Source of the DNA: Burkholderiales bacterium
GTDB taxonomy: Bacteria; Pseudomonadota; Gammaproteobacteria; Burkholderiales; JACQAP01
Length of the DNA stretch: 64,000 nt
Assembly: GCA_035275265.1 (NCBI GenBank)
Contig: DATENC010000017.1
Coordinates: 6,442-70,441 of the forward strand
Reading direction: 5' to 3'
Shown here piece by piece: positions 38,692-49,673 of this stretch. How positions within the stretch are numbered: the stretch's first letter is position 1; each line of letters opens with the position of its first letter. Below the pieces are notes generated by a model. That model made no database searches and was not told the origin of the DNA. It saw nothing but the letters and a program-made list of their open reading frames with translations. Position numbers and translations under genes: made by a program.

Positions 38692-41600
38692 TTAGCGCGT
38701 CGGCCGGCGGCCAAGGTGAACCAGGCAGCGGTCGATCCAGTGGGCGGAGAGCTTTTCCTGCACGGAGTTCTGGGCGAGCCGTGCTGACAGTCCCGGAAAA
38801 TCCACCTTGTCGAGCGGCTGATCCTGGTTGAAGCAGGAGAACACGTAAGTACGCTCGCCGCTGGCCGGATCCACATGCGGCTGCAGGCACTGGGCGCAGA
38901 TCTCCTTCATCATGCACTGCATCGGCGAATTGACCGAACCGATCGCGAAGTGGTGAGGATCGAGATGCGCCGCAAGCACGTCGTGCCGCGCTGCAGCCAC
39001 TGCCGCCATCATCCGGTCGGACCCGATGGCGATGATGCGATTCGCAGCTTGAAACGCGATCGCCTGCGAGCCGAGATCACCTTGCGCATATGCAGCCATC
39101 GCCTGCACGATGTTGCCCACGAAGGTGCGGTCGTCCGCCCGATTCGGCCGAAATCCCGGCGCTTCGTCGCAGCACCACACCACCACGTCGGAGGCCGCTT
39201 CAATGTCCGCGATCTTGTAGCGATCGATCAATTTCTTGTAACCCGCAAAGTACAGAACCCTTGACCCGGCTGCGCGCAATGCCTGGCCGATCGAGAACAG
39301 CACGGCATTGCCGAGACCACCGCCGACAAGCACCACGGTTTCGTCCGCATGAATTTCGGTTGGTGAGCCGGTCGGCCCCATCAGGATCACCGGCTCGCCG
39401 GGCTTGAGAAGAGCGCACAGATCGGACGAGCCGCCCATCTCCAGGACGATGGTGGATACCAACCCCCTGTCGCGATCCACCCAGGCGCCGGTGAGCGCCA
39501 GGCCTTCCATTGCCAGACGGGTGCCATCCACATGCTGCGCCAGGGTTTCGAAATTCTGCAGGCGATAGAACTGGCCAGGCCGGAATTTCTTCGCGGCCAT
39601 CGGCGCGCGCACCACCACTTCGACGATGGTGGGCGTAAGCCGGATCACCTCGTGCACCGACGCGCGCAAATCGCTGTTGAGCGCAGCGAGGAAATCAGCG
39701 TCGGTTCCGGCAAAGGCTGGACGCACTTTTTCCAGAACGCGGCTGACCACCGGGTAGCCCTGCTTGGCGCCGCCCATGGCTTTGACCACGTTGCCGAAGA
39801 AGGAAGGGTGCAGGTCGCCGAAGAAGCTGACGAACCGGCCATCCGGACGCTTCGACAGCAGCACCTGCGGGGAATCCGGCTTGGCGCTTTTCTCGGGATG
39901 CACCTGCATGCCGTTCTCGTCGCAAGCCTGAAAGTAACGGCCGTCGAGATGGAAGTTGTGCGCGTCCTCGCGTGCCAGCACCGTGTTCGGCTGCGTGCCC
40001 GCCGCAACCAGCACCGTGCGCGCCGGCAGCGTTAGCGTCGCGGTTTCGGTGCCGCCGTTCGCGAGCACGCGCTTGCTGGTGACGGTAAGCCCCATGGCAT
40101 AGCCGAGTTCGTCCACTTCGACTGCAACGGGTGTCAGGTTTTCCGCGAAGCGGATGCCTTCCTCGAGCGCTTTCTCGACTTCCTCGTGGTTGAGAACATA
40201 CGAAGGGCTGTCGATCAGACGCTTGCGATAGGCGATGGTGACCCCGCCCCAGGATTGGAGCAATTCAAGCACATGCGGCTCGCGGCCTTGCGCTGCGGCC
40301 TCCGTGCGTTCGCCGCGAATTGCGCGTGCGTGTGTCAGATACTCTTCGGCGACGCTGCGCTCCGCGGCAGTCCATGAAGCGCGAACCTTTTCCTCGCCTC
40401 GTTCGGCGCACAGCGTCTCGAAGCGGCGCAGGAATTTCTCCACCTGCAACGGATAATAAGCAGCCGATTCGGTCGCCGTGTCGATCGCAGTGAGGCCGCC
40501 GCCGATCACCACCACCGGCAAACGCAGCTGCATGTTGGCGATCGAATTCTGCTTGGCTGCCCCGGTGAGTTGCAGCGCCATGAGGAAGTCGGAAGCTGTG
40601 CGCACCCCCGGCGCCAGGCCGTTGGGGATGTCGAGCACGGTGGGGCGCCCCGCACCTGCGGCCAGCACCACGTGATCGAACCCGAAATCAAAGGCGTCGT
40701 CGACCGAAAGTGTGCCGCCAAAACGCACTCCCCCGAACAACGCGAATTCCCGCCGCCGTTGCAGCAAAAGCCGGATGAGCTTGAGGAAATTCTTGTCCCA
40801 ACGCACCGTGATGCCATATTCGGCCACGCCTCCGAAACCGGCCATGACGCGATCGTCCAGCGATTCGAACAGCGATTCGGAATCGTAAATCGGTTCGAAC
40901 GCGACCCGTGCCCCCGAGCGATCCACCCCGCACTGTTGCGCAGGCAGTGGCTCGATCTTAAGACCATCAATGCCGACCACGCTGTGACCATCGTTCATCA
41001 GGTGGTGTGCCACGGTGAATCCGGCCGGCCCCATGCCGGCGACCAGCACGCGACGGCCGCTTGCGGGCCGGGGCAACGGTCGGCGCAAATCGAGAGGATT
41101 CCAGCGCGTGAGCAGGCTGTAGATTTCGAATCCCCAGGGTAGTTCCAGCACGTCCTTCAGCGTGCGAGTCTCCGCCTGCGGAATGTTGACCGGCTCCTGC
41201 TTCTGGTAGATGCAGGATTTCATGCAGTCGTTGCAGATGCGGTGCCCCGTGGCGGCGACCATCGGGTTGTCCACCGTTATCATTGCCAGCGCGCCGACCG
41301 CGATGCCTTGGGTCTTGAGCATCTGAAACTCGGAGATGCGCTCTTCCAACGGACAGCCTGCCAGAGGCACGCCGAAAACGGTTTTCTTGAACGGCGCAGC
41401 ACCGCCGTCCGCCGGAGCCTTCTCCTTCAGCCCGTGCGAACAGGAGTCGCGCGCCTGCTCGTGGCACCAGATGCAATAGTTGGTCTGATCGAGCGCACCG
41501 ACAAGATCGGTGCCGGAATCGGTGAGCGCGAAACCGTGGCGGCGGCGCAGGTGGGAAAGCGTGTGAACCGTGACGCCGTTTACTTCACGCGTCTCGAGCG

Positions 41601-42225
41601 GTACCAGATTCTGAAAGTCGAGTTTTTTTGGCGCCTTGAACAGCACCCCGGCCTGGTGTTTCCTTTGTCCCGCAGGCGTATGCGCCGCCCATGCGGCGTA
41701 GCGCATAGCGGTATCGAGTTTCCCGGTGTTGGCGGCCTCGTCTTTCTGCCATTCGGCAACGTACCGGGAGAATGCCAGCTCGCTGAACGCTTCGCCGAAC
41801 AATAGCGTTAGCTTCCGCGCAAGTTCATCGCCGTCGAACCCGGCGGCGATGTCGGATCTGTATGTGTTCATCGATTTGCGCTGGACGAACAGGCGCTTGC
41901 AGGAGAACAGCGGCGCAAGTTCGTGGTGACGAGCGGAAAGCGCCCGCACCTCGGCCTCGATGCTGAACAGTTGCGCAACGAAATCGTCCAGATGTTCGGC
42001 CACCGCTATCAGCAAATCCGATTCGTCCTTGCGCGCGAGAAGCTCCGGGTCGACCCGGGCGGATTCAAGACGAGCCCGCAGTGCGGCGTCCGCGTTCCCA
42101 AGGAAAACGAGGAAAGCGGCATCGAGCCGCTGCAATCCGGCGAGATCGTAGAGATCTTCGAAACGGCTACCGAAGCCGAGCTTCAGTTCAGGCTGGGTGA
42201 AAACTGCGTCTACGCTGATATTCAT
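38692..42225 (-). CDS. Fused Fe-S flavoprotein: GltD/NfnB-like N-terminal part plus PyrK/NfnA-like FNR C-terminal part
   Basis: CIWCH...SC...GCPL, GHRICNDCMKSC, GMGPAG, GGGLTAIDTA; then MGPTG, GGGLG, SPMQCMMKEICAQC...FSCF. Confidence 0.8.
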   Translation of the reverse strand: MNISVDAVFTQPELKLGFGSRFEDLYDLAGLQRLDAAFLVFLGNADAALRARLESARVDPELLARKDESDLLIAVAEHLDDFVAQLFSIEAEVRALSARHHELAPLFSCKRLFVQRKSMNTYRSDIAAGFDGDELARKLTLLFGEAFSELAFSRYVAEWQKDEAANTGKLDTAMRYAAWAAHTPAGQRKHQAGVLFKAPKKLDFQNLVPLETREVNGVTVHTLSHLRRRHGFALTDSGTDLVGALDQTNYCIWCHEQARDSCSHGLKEKAPADGGAAPFKKTVFGVPLAGCPLEERISEFQMLKTQGIAVGALAMITVDNPMVAATGHRICNDCMKSCIYQKQEPVNIPQAETRTLKDVLELPWGFEIYSLLTRWNPLDLRRPLPRPASGRRVLVAGMGPAGFTVAHHLMNDGHSVVGIDGLKIEPLPAQQCGVDRSGARVAFEPIYDSESLFESLDDRVMAGFGGVAEYGITVRWDKNFLKLIRLLLQRRREFALFGGVRFGGTLSVDDAFDFGFDHVVLAAGAGRPTVLDIPNGLAPGVRTASDFLMALQLTGAAKQNSIANMQLRLPVVVIGGGLTAIDTATESAAYYPLQVEKFLRRFETLCAERGEEKVRASWTAAERSVAEEYLTHARAIRGERTEAAAQGREPHVLELLQSWGGVTIAYRKRLIDSPSYVLNHEEVEKALEEGIRFAENLTPVAVEVDELGYAMGLTVTSKRVLANGGTETATLTLPARTVLVAAGTQPNTVLAREDAHNFHLDGRYFQACDENGMQVHPEKSAKPDSPQVLLSKRPDGRFVSFFGDLHPSFFGNVVKAMGGAKQGYPVVSRVLEKVRPAFAGTDADFLAALNSDLRASVHEVIRLTPTIVEVVVRAPMAAKKFRPGQFYRLQNFETLAQHVDGTRLAMEGLALTGAWVDRDRGLVSTIVLEMGGSSDLCALLKPGEPVILMGPTGSPTEIHADETVVLVGGGLGNAVLFSIGQALRAAGSRVLYFAGYKKLIDRYKIADIEAASDVVVWCCDEAPGFRPNRADDRTFVGNIVQAMAAYAQGDLGSQAIAFQAANRIIAIGSDRMMAAVAAARHDVLAAHLDPHHFAIGSVNSPMQCMMKEICAQCLQPHVDPASGERTYVFSCFNQDQPLDKVDFPGLSARLAQNSVQEKLSAHWIDRCLVHLGRRPTR

Positions 42226-42314
42226 TCAGAGATTCTGGGGACCTGGAGCGGCACCGATAAAAGCGCGCATTATAACGCCGGCGGTTCGAAATCTTATTCG
42301 AACTGACGCTGAAG

Positions 42315-43346
42315 TTATAACGGATTCATGGCCTTAAGCGCGAGATCCGCGACGATCCTGCGCGCCAATCCCGGGCCTTCGTAGATCAGGCCACTGTAGA
42401 GCTGGAGCAGGCTGGCGCCGGCGTTGAGTTTTTCGCGGGCGTCGGTTGCGGAAAACACGCCGCCCGCCGCGATGATCGGGATGCGGTCGTCCAATGATCT
42501 TGCCAGTTCGCGCAAGACTGCGGTCGAGCGAGCTTTCAGCGGCGCGCCGCTCAATCCACCCGCCTGCTCGCTGTTCGCCATGCCTTCGACGCCATCGCGG
42601 GAGAGGGTAGTGTTGGTGGCGATCACCGCGTCCACCCCGTGCCTGACAAACGTGGTGCACATGTGTCCAATTTCCTCGGCTGTCAGGTCGGGTGCCATTT
42701 TGACTGCGAGCGGAACCGTCTTGCCGTGCCGGGCCGCGAGTTTGCGGTTCTCCTCGGTCAGGATGCCCAGCAACCGTTCGAGTTGTTCGGACTGTTGCAG
42801 CTGGCGCAGGTTGACGGTATTTGGCGAGGAGATATTGATCGCGACATAGCTTGCGGCCACATGCACTTTGCGCAGGCAGTACAGGTAATCCTCTGCAGCG
42901 CGCTCGATGGGCGTGTCGAAATTCTTGCCGATGTTGATCCCGAGAATGCCGCGATAGCGCGCCCGTGCGACGTTGTCGAGCAGCCGTTCGACGCCATCGT
43001 TATTGAACCCCATGCGGTTGACGATGGCACGAGCCTCAGGGATGCGGAACAGGCGCGGAGCCGGGTTGCCGGGTTGCGGGCGCGGGGTCACGGTTCCGAC
43101 CTCGATGAATCCGAAACCGAGCGCCGCCAGCGAGTCGATGTGTTCGCCGTTCTTGTCCAGTCCTGCCGCCAGTCCCACGGGATTTGGAAACTCAAGCCCC
43201 ATAACGCGGCGCGGAGACTGAACCGTGGCGCCGGTCGCGCGCGTGAATCCTAAGCGGTGGGCAAGATCGAGGAATCGCAGCGCGCCTTGGTGCGAACGCT
43301 CGGGTTCGAGTTGGAACAGGAACGGGCGCGCCAGGCGATAGAGCAT
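42315..43346 (-). CDS. pyrD: Quinone-dependent dihydroorotate dehydrogenase (class 2)
   Basis: NPVGLAAGLDKN, GTVTPRPQPGN, NRMGFNN, NISSPNT, GGLSG. Confidence 0.97.
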   Translation of the reverse strand: MLYRLARPFLFQLEPERSHQGALRFLDLAHRLGFTRATGATVQSPRRVMGLEFPNPVGLAAGLDKNGEHIDSLAALGFGFIEVGTVTPRPQPGNPAPRLFRIPEARAIVNRMGFNNDGVERLLDNVARARYRGILGINIGKNFDTPIERAAEDYLYCLRKVHVAASYVAINISSPNTVNLRQLQQSEQLERLLGILTEENRKLAARHGKTVPLAVKMAPDLTAEEIGHMCTTFVRHGVDAVIATNTTLSRDGVEGMANSEQAGGLSGAPLKARSTAVLRELARSLDDRIPIIAAGGVFSATDAREKLNAGASLLQLYSGLIYEGPGLARRIVADLALKAMNPL

Positions 43347-43397
43347 GTCAGAGGGCGGCGGCAATTTCGCCGCCGTCCATGACCTGGCGTGCCGGGA

Positions 43398-44147
43398 TCA
43401 CACGGCCTCGGGAGAGGACGCGTCGCGCGGCAGTCGCCGCCATTGGCCGTCGATCAGTCCCTCCAGCGGCTGAAAGTTGATCTTGTAGGCCATCTTGCGG
43501 CTTTGCGCTATCCAGTAGCCCAGATATAGATAGGGAAGTCCCAGCCGCCGGCACAACTCCACCTGCCAAACCACGTTGAAAGTGCCAAGGCTGGCGCCAG
43601 CGACTTCGGGTTCGAAAAATGTGTACACCGAAGACAGGCCGTCTTCGAGCCGATCGACAATGCTGACCATGCGCAGGCGCCCGTCCTCGCGAAACTCCAC
43701 AAGGCTCGAGCGGACGTTGCTCTGCAGGAGGAAATGGCGGTACTGCTCGCGACTGTCGTGATCCATGCCGCCACCGCTATGACGGTGCGACTGGTAACGC
43801 AGGTACAGCGCATAGTGCTCGGGGTGATACTTGAGTTCCAGCATGCGCGCTTCCAGCGCGTTGTGACGGGAGTGGGCTCGACGGTGCGAGCGGCTGGGCT
43901 CGAAACCGGCGGTAACGATGCGCACCGGCACGCAGGCGCGGCAGTGATCACAATAAGGCCGATAGGTGAACGCGCCGCTGCGACGGAAGCCGACTTTCAC
44001 CAACTCGCTGTAGACCTGGTTGTCGATTGCATGGCTGGGTGTGGCCACCTGCGAGCGGGCCAGCTTGTCGGGTAGGTAGCTGCACGGGTAGGGCGCAGTT
44101 GCGTAGAACTGCAGCACCGAAAAGGGCAGGTCGTTGAGCTGTGTCAT
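43398..44147 (-). CDS. bpt: Bacterial protein transferase Bpt (Asp/Glu leucyltransferase; ATE-like)
   Basis: [45 protein letters not shown]. Confidence 0.9.
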   Translation of the reverse strand: MTQLNDLPFSVLQFYATAPYPCSYLPDKLARSQVATPSHAIDNQVYSELVKVGFRRSGAFTYRPYCDHCRACVPVRIVTAGFEPSRSHRRAHSRHNALEARMLELKYHPEHYALYLRYQSHRHSGGGMDHDSREQYRHFLLQSNVRSSLVEFREDGRLRMVSIVDRLEDGLSSVYTFFEPEVAGASLGTFNVVWQVELCRRLGLPYLYLGYWIAQSRKMAYKINFQPLEGLIDGQWRRLPRDASSPEAV

Positions 44148-44842
44148 CGCGCGATCGTGGGTTCCAGGCGCCAAGGTGCCGGAACCGGGTCATAGTGTAC
44201 CAATTCCCGCAGCCTGCGCGTGAACTCGGCGCGCGGGATTTCCCGGGCGCCGAAAGAAGCGAGGTGGGCGGTGTTCATCTGGCAGTCGACGACGCCGAAT
44301 CCCCAGCGCTCCAGTTGCCGGGCCAATGCCACAAGCGCGACTTTCGAGGCGTCGCTGACACGGGTGAACATGGACTCGCCGAAGAACGCGCGGCCGAGCG
44401 CCACGCCGTACAGGCCGCCCACGAGTTCGCCGTCGCGCCAGGTTTCCACCGAATGCGCGTACCCCGCGCGATGAAGGGCGCTGTAGGCGTCGGCCATCTC
44501 TTCCGTGATCCAAGTGCCGGATTCCTCGCGCCGGGGCTGACGGCACCCTTCGATCACTTCGCCGAAAGCGGTATCGGCCCGCACTTCGAAGCGCATGTTG
44601 CGCATTGCGCGTGCCAGCGAGCGCGAAACCTTCAACTCGGCGGGGAACAGGACCATGCGTGGATCGGGGCTCCACCAGAGGATCGGCTGCTCACGGGAGA
44701 ACCAGGGGAAGATGCCGTTACGGTAGGCTTCAAGGAGCCTGGGTAGCGACAGATCGGCGCCTGCAGCGAGCAGACCGTTCGGTTCCGCGAGTGCGCGCTC
44801 AACGTCGGGAAAGTGATCGCCGGAGCCCAGCCAGGGAATCAA
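44144..44842 (-). CDS. aat: Leucyl/phenylalanyl-tRNA--protein transferase
   Basis: [41 protein letters not shown]. Confidence 0.96.
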   Translation of the reverse strand: MIPWLGSGDHFPDVERALAEPNGLLAAGADLSLPRLLEAYRNGIFPWFSREQPILWWSPDPRMVLFPAELKVSRSLARAMRNMRFEVRADTAFGEVIEGCRQPRREESGTWITEEMADAYSALHRAGYAHSVETWRDGELVGGLYGVALGRAFFGESMFTRVSDASKVALVALARQLERWGFGVVDCQMNTAHLASFGAREIPRAEFTRRLRELVHYDPVPAPWRLEPTIAR

Positions 44843-44860
44843 GGTGCGATGGACGCACGC

Positions 44861-45403
44861 TCAGAAAACTTTGTCGGGGTTCTTGCTGATGAGTCCACAG
44901 GCCACGCGAGCACCGGAGTTACCGGCCGGTTGGGATTTCAAATCGTCGGGCCCCCCATGAACAATCACGGCGCGACCGATGATACTTTTGGAGTCGGTGC
45001 CCAGCGTAATCCCGCTCACCTGGATCGAGGCCTGCGCAAAACCGTTGGCGTCGGCGCGAAGGTTGCCGAGATCCCCACCGTGACGAATTGCGCCGACCTG
45101 GCCACCGTGCTTGCCGCCGGACGGATTGAAATGTGCGCCGGCGCCGGCAGCATCGGGAGCACCACAGTTGCCTTTCTCGTGAATATGGAAGCCGTGTGTG
45201 CCGTTGGCCGAGAGCCCGCTGATCTTGGCTTCCACCAGCACTACTTCGCCTTTCTGGGTGAAGTTGACGGTGCCGCTCACCGAATTGCCTTTGGTCGGTG
45301 CCAACACTGCAGTGGCGGAGGGATTCTTGGTGAACATCTTGCTCATGGTGCTGCAAGCCGGCAGCAGCACGCATACGCCGATCAATGCCCACTGGGTTTT
45401 CAT
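44861..45403 (-). CDS. sodC: Cu/Zn superoxide dismutase (lipoprotein)
   Basis: Lipobox LPAC; HGFHIH, HFNP, HGGDLGNL, IVHGGPDD, GARVACG. Confidence 0.95.
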   Translation of the reverse strand: MKTQWALIGVCVLLPACSTMSKMFTKNPSATAVLAPTKGNSVSGTVNFTQKGEVVLVEAKISGLSANGTHGFHIHEKGNCGAPDAAGAGAHFNPSGGKHGGQVGAIRHGGDLGNLRADANGFAQASIQVSGITLGTDSKSIIGRAVIVHGGPDDLKSQPAGNSGARVACGLISKNPDKVF

Positions 45404-45566
45404 TTTGCTCTCCGCGAAAAGTCTTTTCGGGTTTAAAGGGCCACCGCAACGGACGTTTTTAGCACCGGCGCCGGGGAGGTGTCAAATCAGCTTGTGCGCC
45501 CGCGTCGCGCGGAAAAGGCGAGCGATACGCGGCGGGCGGGCGTCATGGAAAGCTGTAGCATTGTGA

Positions 45567-46154
45567 ATGTTCCCGCATCCCGGTTGCATCCAACGGTTGG
45601 ATAACGAACACGCACTGCAGTCGCCCTCCGAATGGGTGCAACGCTGGGCCTGCTTGATCGCCGCCGACGGCGAAGTGCTCGATCTCGCCTGCGGTAGTGG
45701 CCGCCACAGCCGCTATCTCGCTTCCGCGGGCTATCACGTCTGCGCGGTCGATCGCGACGCCCATGCGCTTGCGGCACTGACCGGCGTCACCGGCGTCAGC
45801 GTTCAGGTCGCCGATCTGGAACGCGCGCCATGGCCGCTCGAAGGCAGGCGCTTTGCGGGCATCGTCGTTTGCAATTACCTGTATCGGCCGCTGTTCCCGC
45901 ATGTCCTGGACGCCCTGGAGCGAGACGGTGCGCTGATATATGAAACGTTCGCGCTAGGCAATGAACGTTTCGGCAAGCCGTCCAATCCCGATTTTCTGCT
46001 CCGACCCGGTGAACTGCTCGAACTGGTTCGCGGGAAATTACGCGTACTGGCCTACGAAGACCTGCAGGTGAGCCTGCCCAAGCCGGCGATGGTGCAGCGA
46101 ATCTGTGCAGTAGGCGCGGCCTGGAACGCGCCGGCTGCGCAAAGAATCGGTTAA
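45567..46154 (+). CDS. Class I SAM-dependent methyltransferase
   Basis: VLDLACGSGRH, VDRD, ADLE, NYLYRPL. Confidence 0.85.
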   Translation: MFPHPGCIQRLDNEHALQSPSEWVQRWACLIAADGEVLDLACGSGRHSRYLASAGYHVCAVDRDAHALAALTGVTGVSVQVADLERAPWPLEGRRFAGIVVCNYLYRPLFPHVLDALERDGALIYETFALGNERFGKPSNPDFLLRPGELLELVRGKLRVLAYEDLQVSLPKPAMVQRICAVGAAWNAPAAQRIG

Positions 46155-46184
46155 AATCGCGCTTTCAATCGAATGGGGGCCGCC

Positions 46185-47093
46185 ATGCTGAAAGGAAGCC
46201 TCGTCGCCATCCTCACGCCGATGTTGGAGGATGGCAGCCTCGATCTCGAACGGCTGCGCCGGTTGATAGATTTCCACATCCGCGACGGGAGCAACGGCAT
46301 TGTCGTCGTCGGGACCACCGGCGAATCGCCGACAGTGGATTTCGAAGAGCATTGCCTTCTGATCCGCACCACCATCGAGCACGCCGCCGGCCGTATTCCG
46401 GTTATTGCCGGTACGGGCGCCAATTCGACGCGCGAGGCCATCGCGCTTGCGGCGTACGCCAAGTCCGTGGGCGCCGACATGAGCCTGTCGGTGGTCCCCT
46501 ATTACAACAAGCCCACCCAGGAAGGTTTGTACCGCCACTTTCGCGCCATTGCCGAGACGGTGGACCTTCCCCAGATTCTGTACAACGTGCCAGGCCGCAC
46601 GGTTGCTGACATGCAGAACGACACGGTGCTGCGCTTGGCGCAGGTACCGAACATAGTCGGCCTGAAGGATGCGACCGCCAACATGGAGCGCGGCGCGGAG
46701 CTGCTTCGACGCGCGCCAAAAGGTTTTGCGATCTATAGCGGAGATGATGGCACTGCATTGCCATTGATGATGTTGGGTGCGCATGGCGTAATCTCGGTGA
46801 CCGCGAATGCGGCACCCCGGTTGATGCAGGAGATGTGCGCGGCCGTTTTCGCCGGCGATCTTCCCAAGGCCCGCTCACACAATAACAAGCTGCTCGGGCT
46901 GCACCGACACCTGTTCGTCGAGGCCAACCCGATACCGGTGAAGTGGGTGCTGCAACAGATGGGACTGATCGACGGCGGTATCCGGCTGCCGCTGACACCG
47001 CTGTCTTCGTCCTTCCATGACCTGTTGCGCGGCGCAATGGAGCAGGCCGATATTGCAGGCACTGCGGTGGCGCAGGCTTCAATGGCCAAATGA
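46185..47093 (+). CDS. dapA: 4-hydroxy-tetrahydrodipicolinate synthase
   Basis: [32 protein letters not shown]. Confidence 0.97.
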   Translation: MLKGSLVAILTPMLEDGSLDLERLRRLIDFHIRDGSNGIVVVGTTGESPTVDFEEHCLLIRTTIEHAAGRIPVIAGTGANSTREAIALAAYAKSVGADMSLSVVPYYNKPTQEGLYRHFRAIAETVDLPQILYNVPGRTVADMQNDTVLRLAQVPNIVGLKDATANMERGAELLRRAPKGFAIYSGDDGTALPLMMLGAHGVISVTANAAPRLMQEMCAAVFAGDLPKARSHNNKLLGLHRHLFVEANPIPVKWVLQQMGLIDGGIRLPLTPLSSSFHDLLRGAMEQADIAGTAVAQASMAK

Positions 47094-48226
47094 ACCCATC
47101 GATCGCAACGAAGTTTATTGCTGCGGCTATCACGTCGGTCGTCGCACTCTCGGGTTGTTCCAGCAAACTCATTGAAGGCAAGAAGATCGACTACAAGTCG
47201 GCGGGCAAGGTAAACCCGCTCGCGGTGCCGCCTGATCTGAGCGCACCGCCGACCAGCGATCGATACACCATCCCCGAAACCGCGGCCGGTTCGGCGACCT
47301 ACTCGGAGTATTCCGAAGAACAGGGCGCTCGCCAAACGGGGACGACCGCCGCCGCAGTCCTGCCTGCTGCATCGGAAGGAATGCATATTGAACGCGGCGG
47401 CAGCCAGCGCTGGCTGGTGGTGGAAGCGGATGCGGAGACCTTGTGGCCGACGATCAGAGAGTTCTGGCAGGACACTGGATTCCTGATCGACAGGGAACTA
47501 CCCGACATCGGCATCATGGAGACGGGATGGGCCGAAAACCGCGCCAAAATACCCCAAGGTGGCCTGCGCAAGTTGCTCAGCAAGGTGATTGACCAGGCCT
47601 ATTCGTACCCCGAGCGGGACAAATTCCGCACGCGCCTGGAGCGTGGCGAGGAATCCGGCACGACCGAAATCTACATCAGCCATCGCGGCGCGTACCAGGT
47701 CCTAACCGGTGACGTACACAAGGGCGAGCAGGTGAAATGGCAGATGCGCCCCACCGACCCCGAGCTCGAGGCGGAGATGTTGTCGCGGCTGATGCGCAGG
47801 CTGGGTGCAAAGGAAGAGCAGGTCCAGGCGCAAGCGCCGGTCGAGGCACCAAAGGCGCAGTTGATGAAGAATGGCGAGTTTCCCGAGACCCTCATGCTGC
47901 CCGACAGTTTCGATCGCGCCTGGCGACGCGTGGGTTTGGCGCTCGACCGCGTTGGCTTTACGGTCGAGGATCGCGACCGCTCGAAAGGCCTCTATTATGT
48001 GCGTTACCTGGATCCGGACATCGACGGCAAGGGCAAATCCGGAAGCGGTTGGTCCCGGCTGGCGTTCTGGCGTAGCGACGACAGCAAGAAGGATGAGCAG
48101 TACCGGATCAGCGTGGCCAATGCGGACGATGGCAGCGAGGTAACGGTGCAGAGCGCCGAAGGCGCGAGTACGAAATCCCCCACCGCGGGGCGCATTCTTG
48201 CGCTGCTGCAGAACGAACTGAAGTGA
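47090..48226 (+). CDS. bamC: Outer-membrane assembly lipoprotein BamC (NlpB/DapX)
   Basis: Lipobox LSGC; [31 protein letters not shown]; follows dapA. Confidence 0.88.
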   Translation: MNPSIATKFIAAAITSVVALSGCSSKLIEGKKIDYKSAGKVNPLAVPPDLSAPPTSDRYTIPETAAGSATYSEYSEEQGARQTGTTAAAVLPAASEGMHIERGGSQRWLVVEADAETLWPTIREFWQDTGFLIDRELPDIGIMETGWAENRAKIPQGGLRKLLSKVIDQAYSYPERDKFRTRLERGEESGTTEIYISHRGAYQVLTGDVHKGEQVKWQMRPTDPELEAEMLSRLMRRLGAKEEQVQAQAPVEAPKAQLMKNGEFPETLMLPDSFDRAWRRVGLALDRVGFTVEDRDRSKGLYYVRYLDPDIDGKGKSGSGWSRLAFWRSDDSKKDEQYRISVANADDGSEVTVQSAEGASTKSPTAGRILALLQNELK

Positions 48227-48256
48227 ATCCGACGCGATGACATTGGCGACGCCGAC

Positions 48257-49036
48257 GTGAGCGGCGCGATGCGCTTCGCGTTGCTGGGCAGCGGCAGTCG
48301 GGGCAATGCCCTGGTCGTCGAGGCCGGTTCTACGCGGATCTTGCTCGACTGTGGATTTGGGCTGGGTGAAACGAGCGCCCGTCTAGGCCGACTTGGGCTT
48401 ACTCCCGAAGATCTGTCCGCCGTCGTCGTCACCCACGAGCACGACGACCATATCGGCGGTGTCGCGCGTCTGGCGCGCCGGCATTCGATTCCTGTATGGC
48501 TAACCCACGGCACGCTGACCGGCTTCGACGCGCTCTTTGCCGGCGTCGATGACCTTCACGTCATCGACAACTACGGTAGCTTTTCGGTCGGGGATCTTCA
48601 GGTCGAACCGTTCCCGGTGCCGCACGATGCGCGCGAACCGGCGCAGTACGTATTTGGCGATGGCTCACGCAGGCTCGGCGTGCTCACGGACACCGGTTGT
48701 TCTACGCTGCACATCGAGGCCATGCTGTCGGGCTGCGATGCCCTGGTACTGGAATGCAATCACGATCCCGGAATGCTGCAGGTAAGCAGCTATCCGCAGA
48801 AGTTGCGTGAACGTATTGCCGGGCGCTACGGCCACCTCGACAACGGGGCGGCGGCGGGCCTGCTGGCGCGCTTGGACACGGGCCGCCTTAAACATCTGGT
48901 GGCTGCACACTTGAGTCAGGAGAATAACCGGCCGGAACTGGCGCGCGCCGCGCTCGCGGGCGCAATTGGCTGCGATCCGGGATGGGTCGAAGTCGCTGAT
49001 CAGGACACGGGGTTGGGGTGGCGCGCGATCAGTTGA
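48257..49036 (+). CDS. MBL-fold metallohydrolase, YycJ/WalJ-like
   Basis: LGSGSRGN, VTHEHDDH, PHDAREP, TDTG, LECNH, HLSQENN. Confidence 0.88.
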   Translation: MSGAMRFALLGSGSRGNALVVEAGSTRILLDCGFGLGETSARLGRLGLTPEDLSAVVVTHEHDDHIGGVARLARRHSIPVWLTHGTLTGFDALFAGVDDLHVIDNYGSFSVGDLQVEPFPVPHDAREPAQYVFGDGSRRLGVLTDTGCSTLHIEAMLSGCDALVLECNHDPGMLQVSSYPQKLRERIAGRYGHLDNGAAAGLLARLDTGRLKHLVAAHLSQENNRPELARAALAGAIGCDPGWVEVADQDTGLGWRAIS

Positions 49037-49067
49037 CGCTGCTAGAAGACTCTGCCGCTAACAAAAC

Positions 49068-49097
49068 AAAAAAGCCGGTCGCAGACCGGCTTTTCTT
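49068..49097. terminator. Bidirectional intrinsic terminator
   Basis: AAAAGCCGGTC-GCA-GACCGGCTTTT between convergent genes. Confidence 0.8.
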
Positions 49098-49173
49098 CAC
49101 TGCGGCGGGCGAGACTACGTGTCATGCATAGGCTCGCCGGATGGCCGACAGATTCAAACTACAGATGGCGTAC

Positions 49174-49665
49174 TCAAAGGCCGATTGTGGTCGGGGGGGC
49201 CGTCGGGAAAGATGCTTCCCAGATTTCTTCGAAGCGCTCCGCAAGCACGTGGGTCCCTATCGGGTCATCCAGCGCGAGCAATCCGCGCATCTCGTCGAAG
49301 TGAAAGCGGTGCACGAAGCAGTGGTCGTCCACGACCGTAAAGGGGTCGTAGACCGCTTTTGCGTTGGGGTGGGTTTCATGGATGCTGATTACGTCGCTGT
49401 GCAGGCGCAATAGATTCAGGATACGAGGACAATTGCGGTCGATCGTCTGTGGTTCGTGCACCACGATCTGGAGCCGGTTGCGCCGGCTGGCGCGCAGAAA
49501 CCGGCGCAGCAGATCGAAACGTTGTGGCGAATTGTATCCCCGACCGAGCGTGTGCTCGAAGATGCGGATGGCGCGCTGCGCCTTCGCCAGCACGGTATCC
49601 AGGGCGGCTTCGTGTTCGGCATTACCGAGCAGGGAAGTGTGTTGCGGCGTGGCGTTGTCGGCCAT
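49174..49665 (-). CDS. Conserved hypothetical protein (PLD-like/DUF7931-type)
   Basis: AQRAIRIFEHTL, LQIVVH, FTVVDDHCFVHRFH, FEEIWEAS. Confidence 0.65.
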   Translation of the reverse strand: MADNATPQHTSLLGNAEHEAALDTVLAKAQRAIRIFEHTLGRGYNSPQRFDLLRRFLRASRRNRLQIVVHEPQTIDRNCPRILNLLRLHSDVISIHETHPNAKAVYDPFTVVDDHCFVHRFHFDEMRGLLALDDPIGTHVLAERFEEIWEASFPTAPPTTIGL

Positions 49666-49673
49666 GTGCATGC

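Noticed and set aside
38692-42225. Glutamate synthase small subunit
   Set aside because: There is no gltB, and the protein is much longer than GltD with a fused FNR/[2Fe-2S] module.
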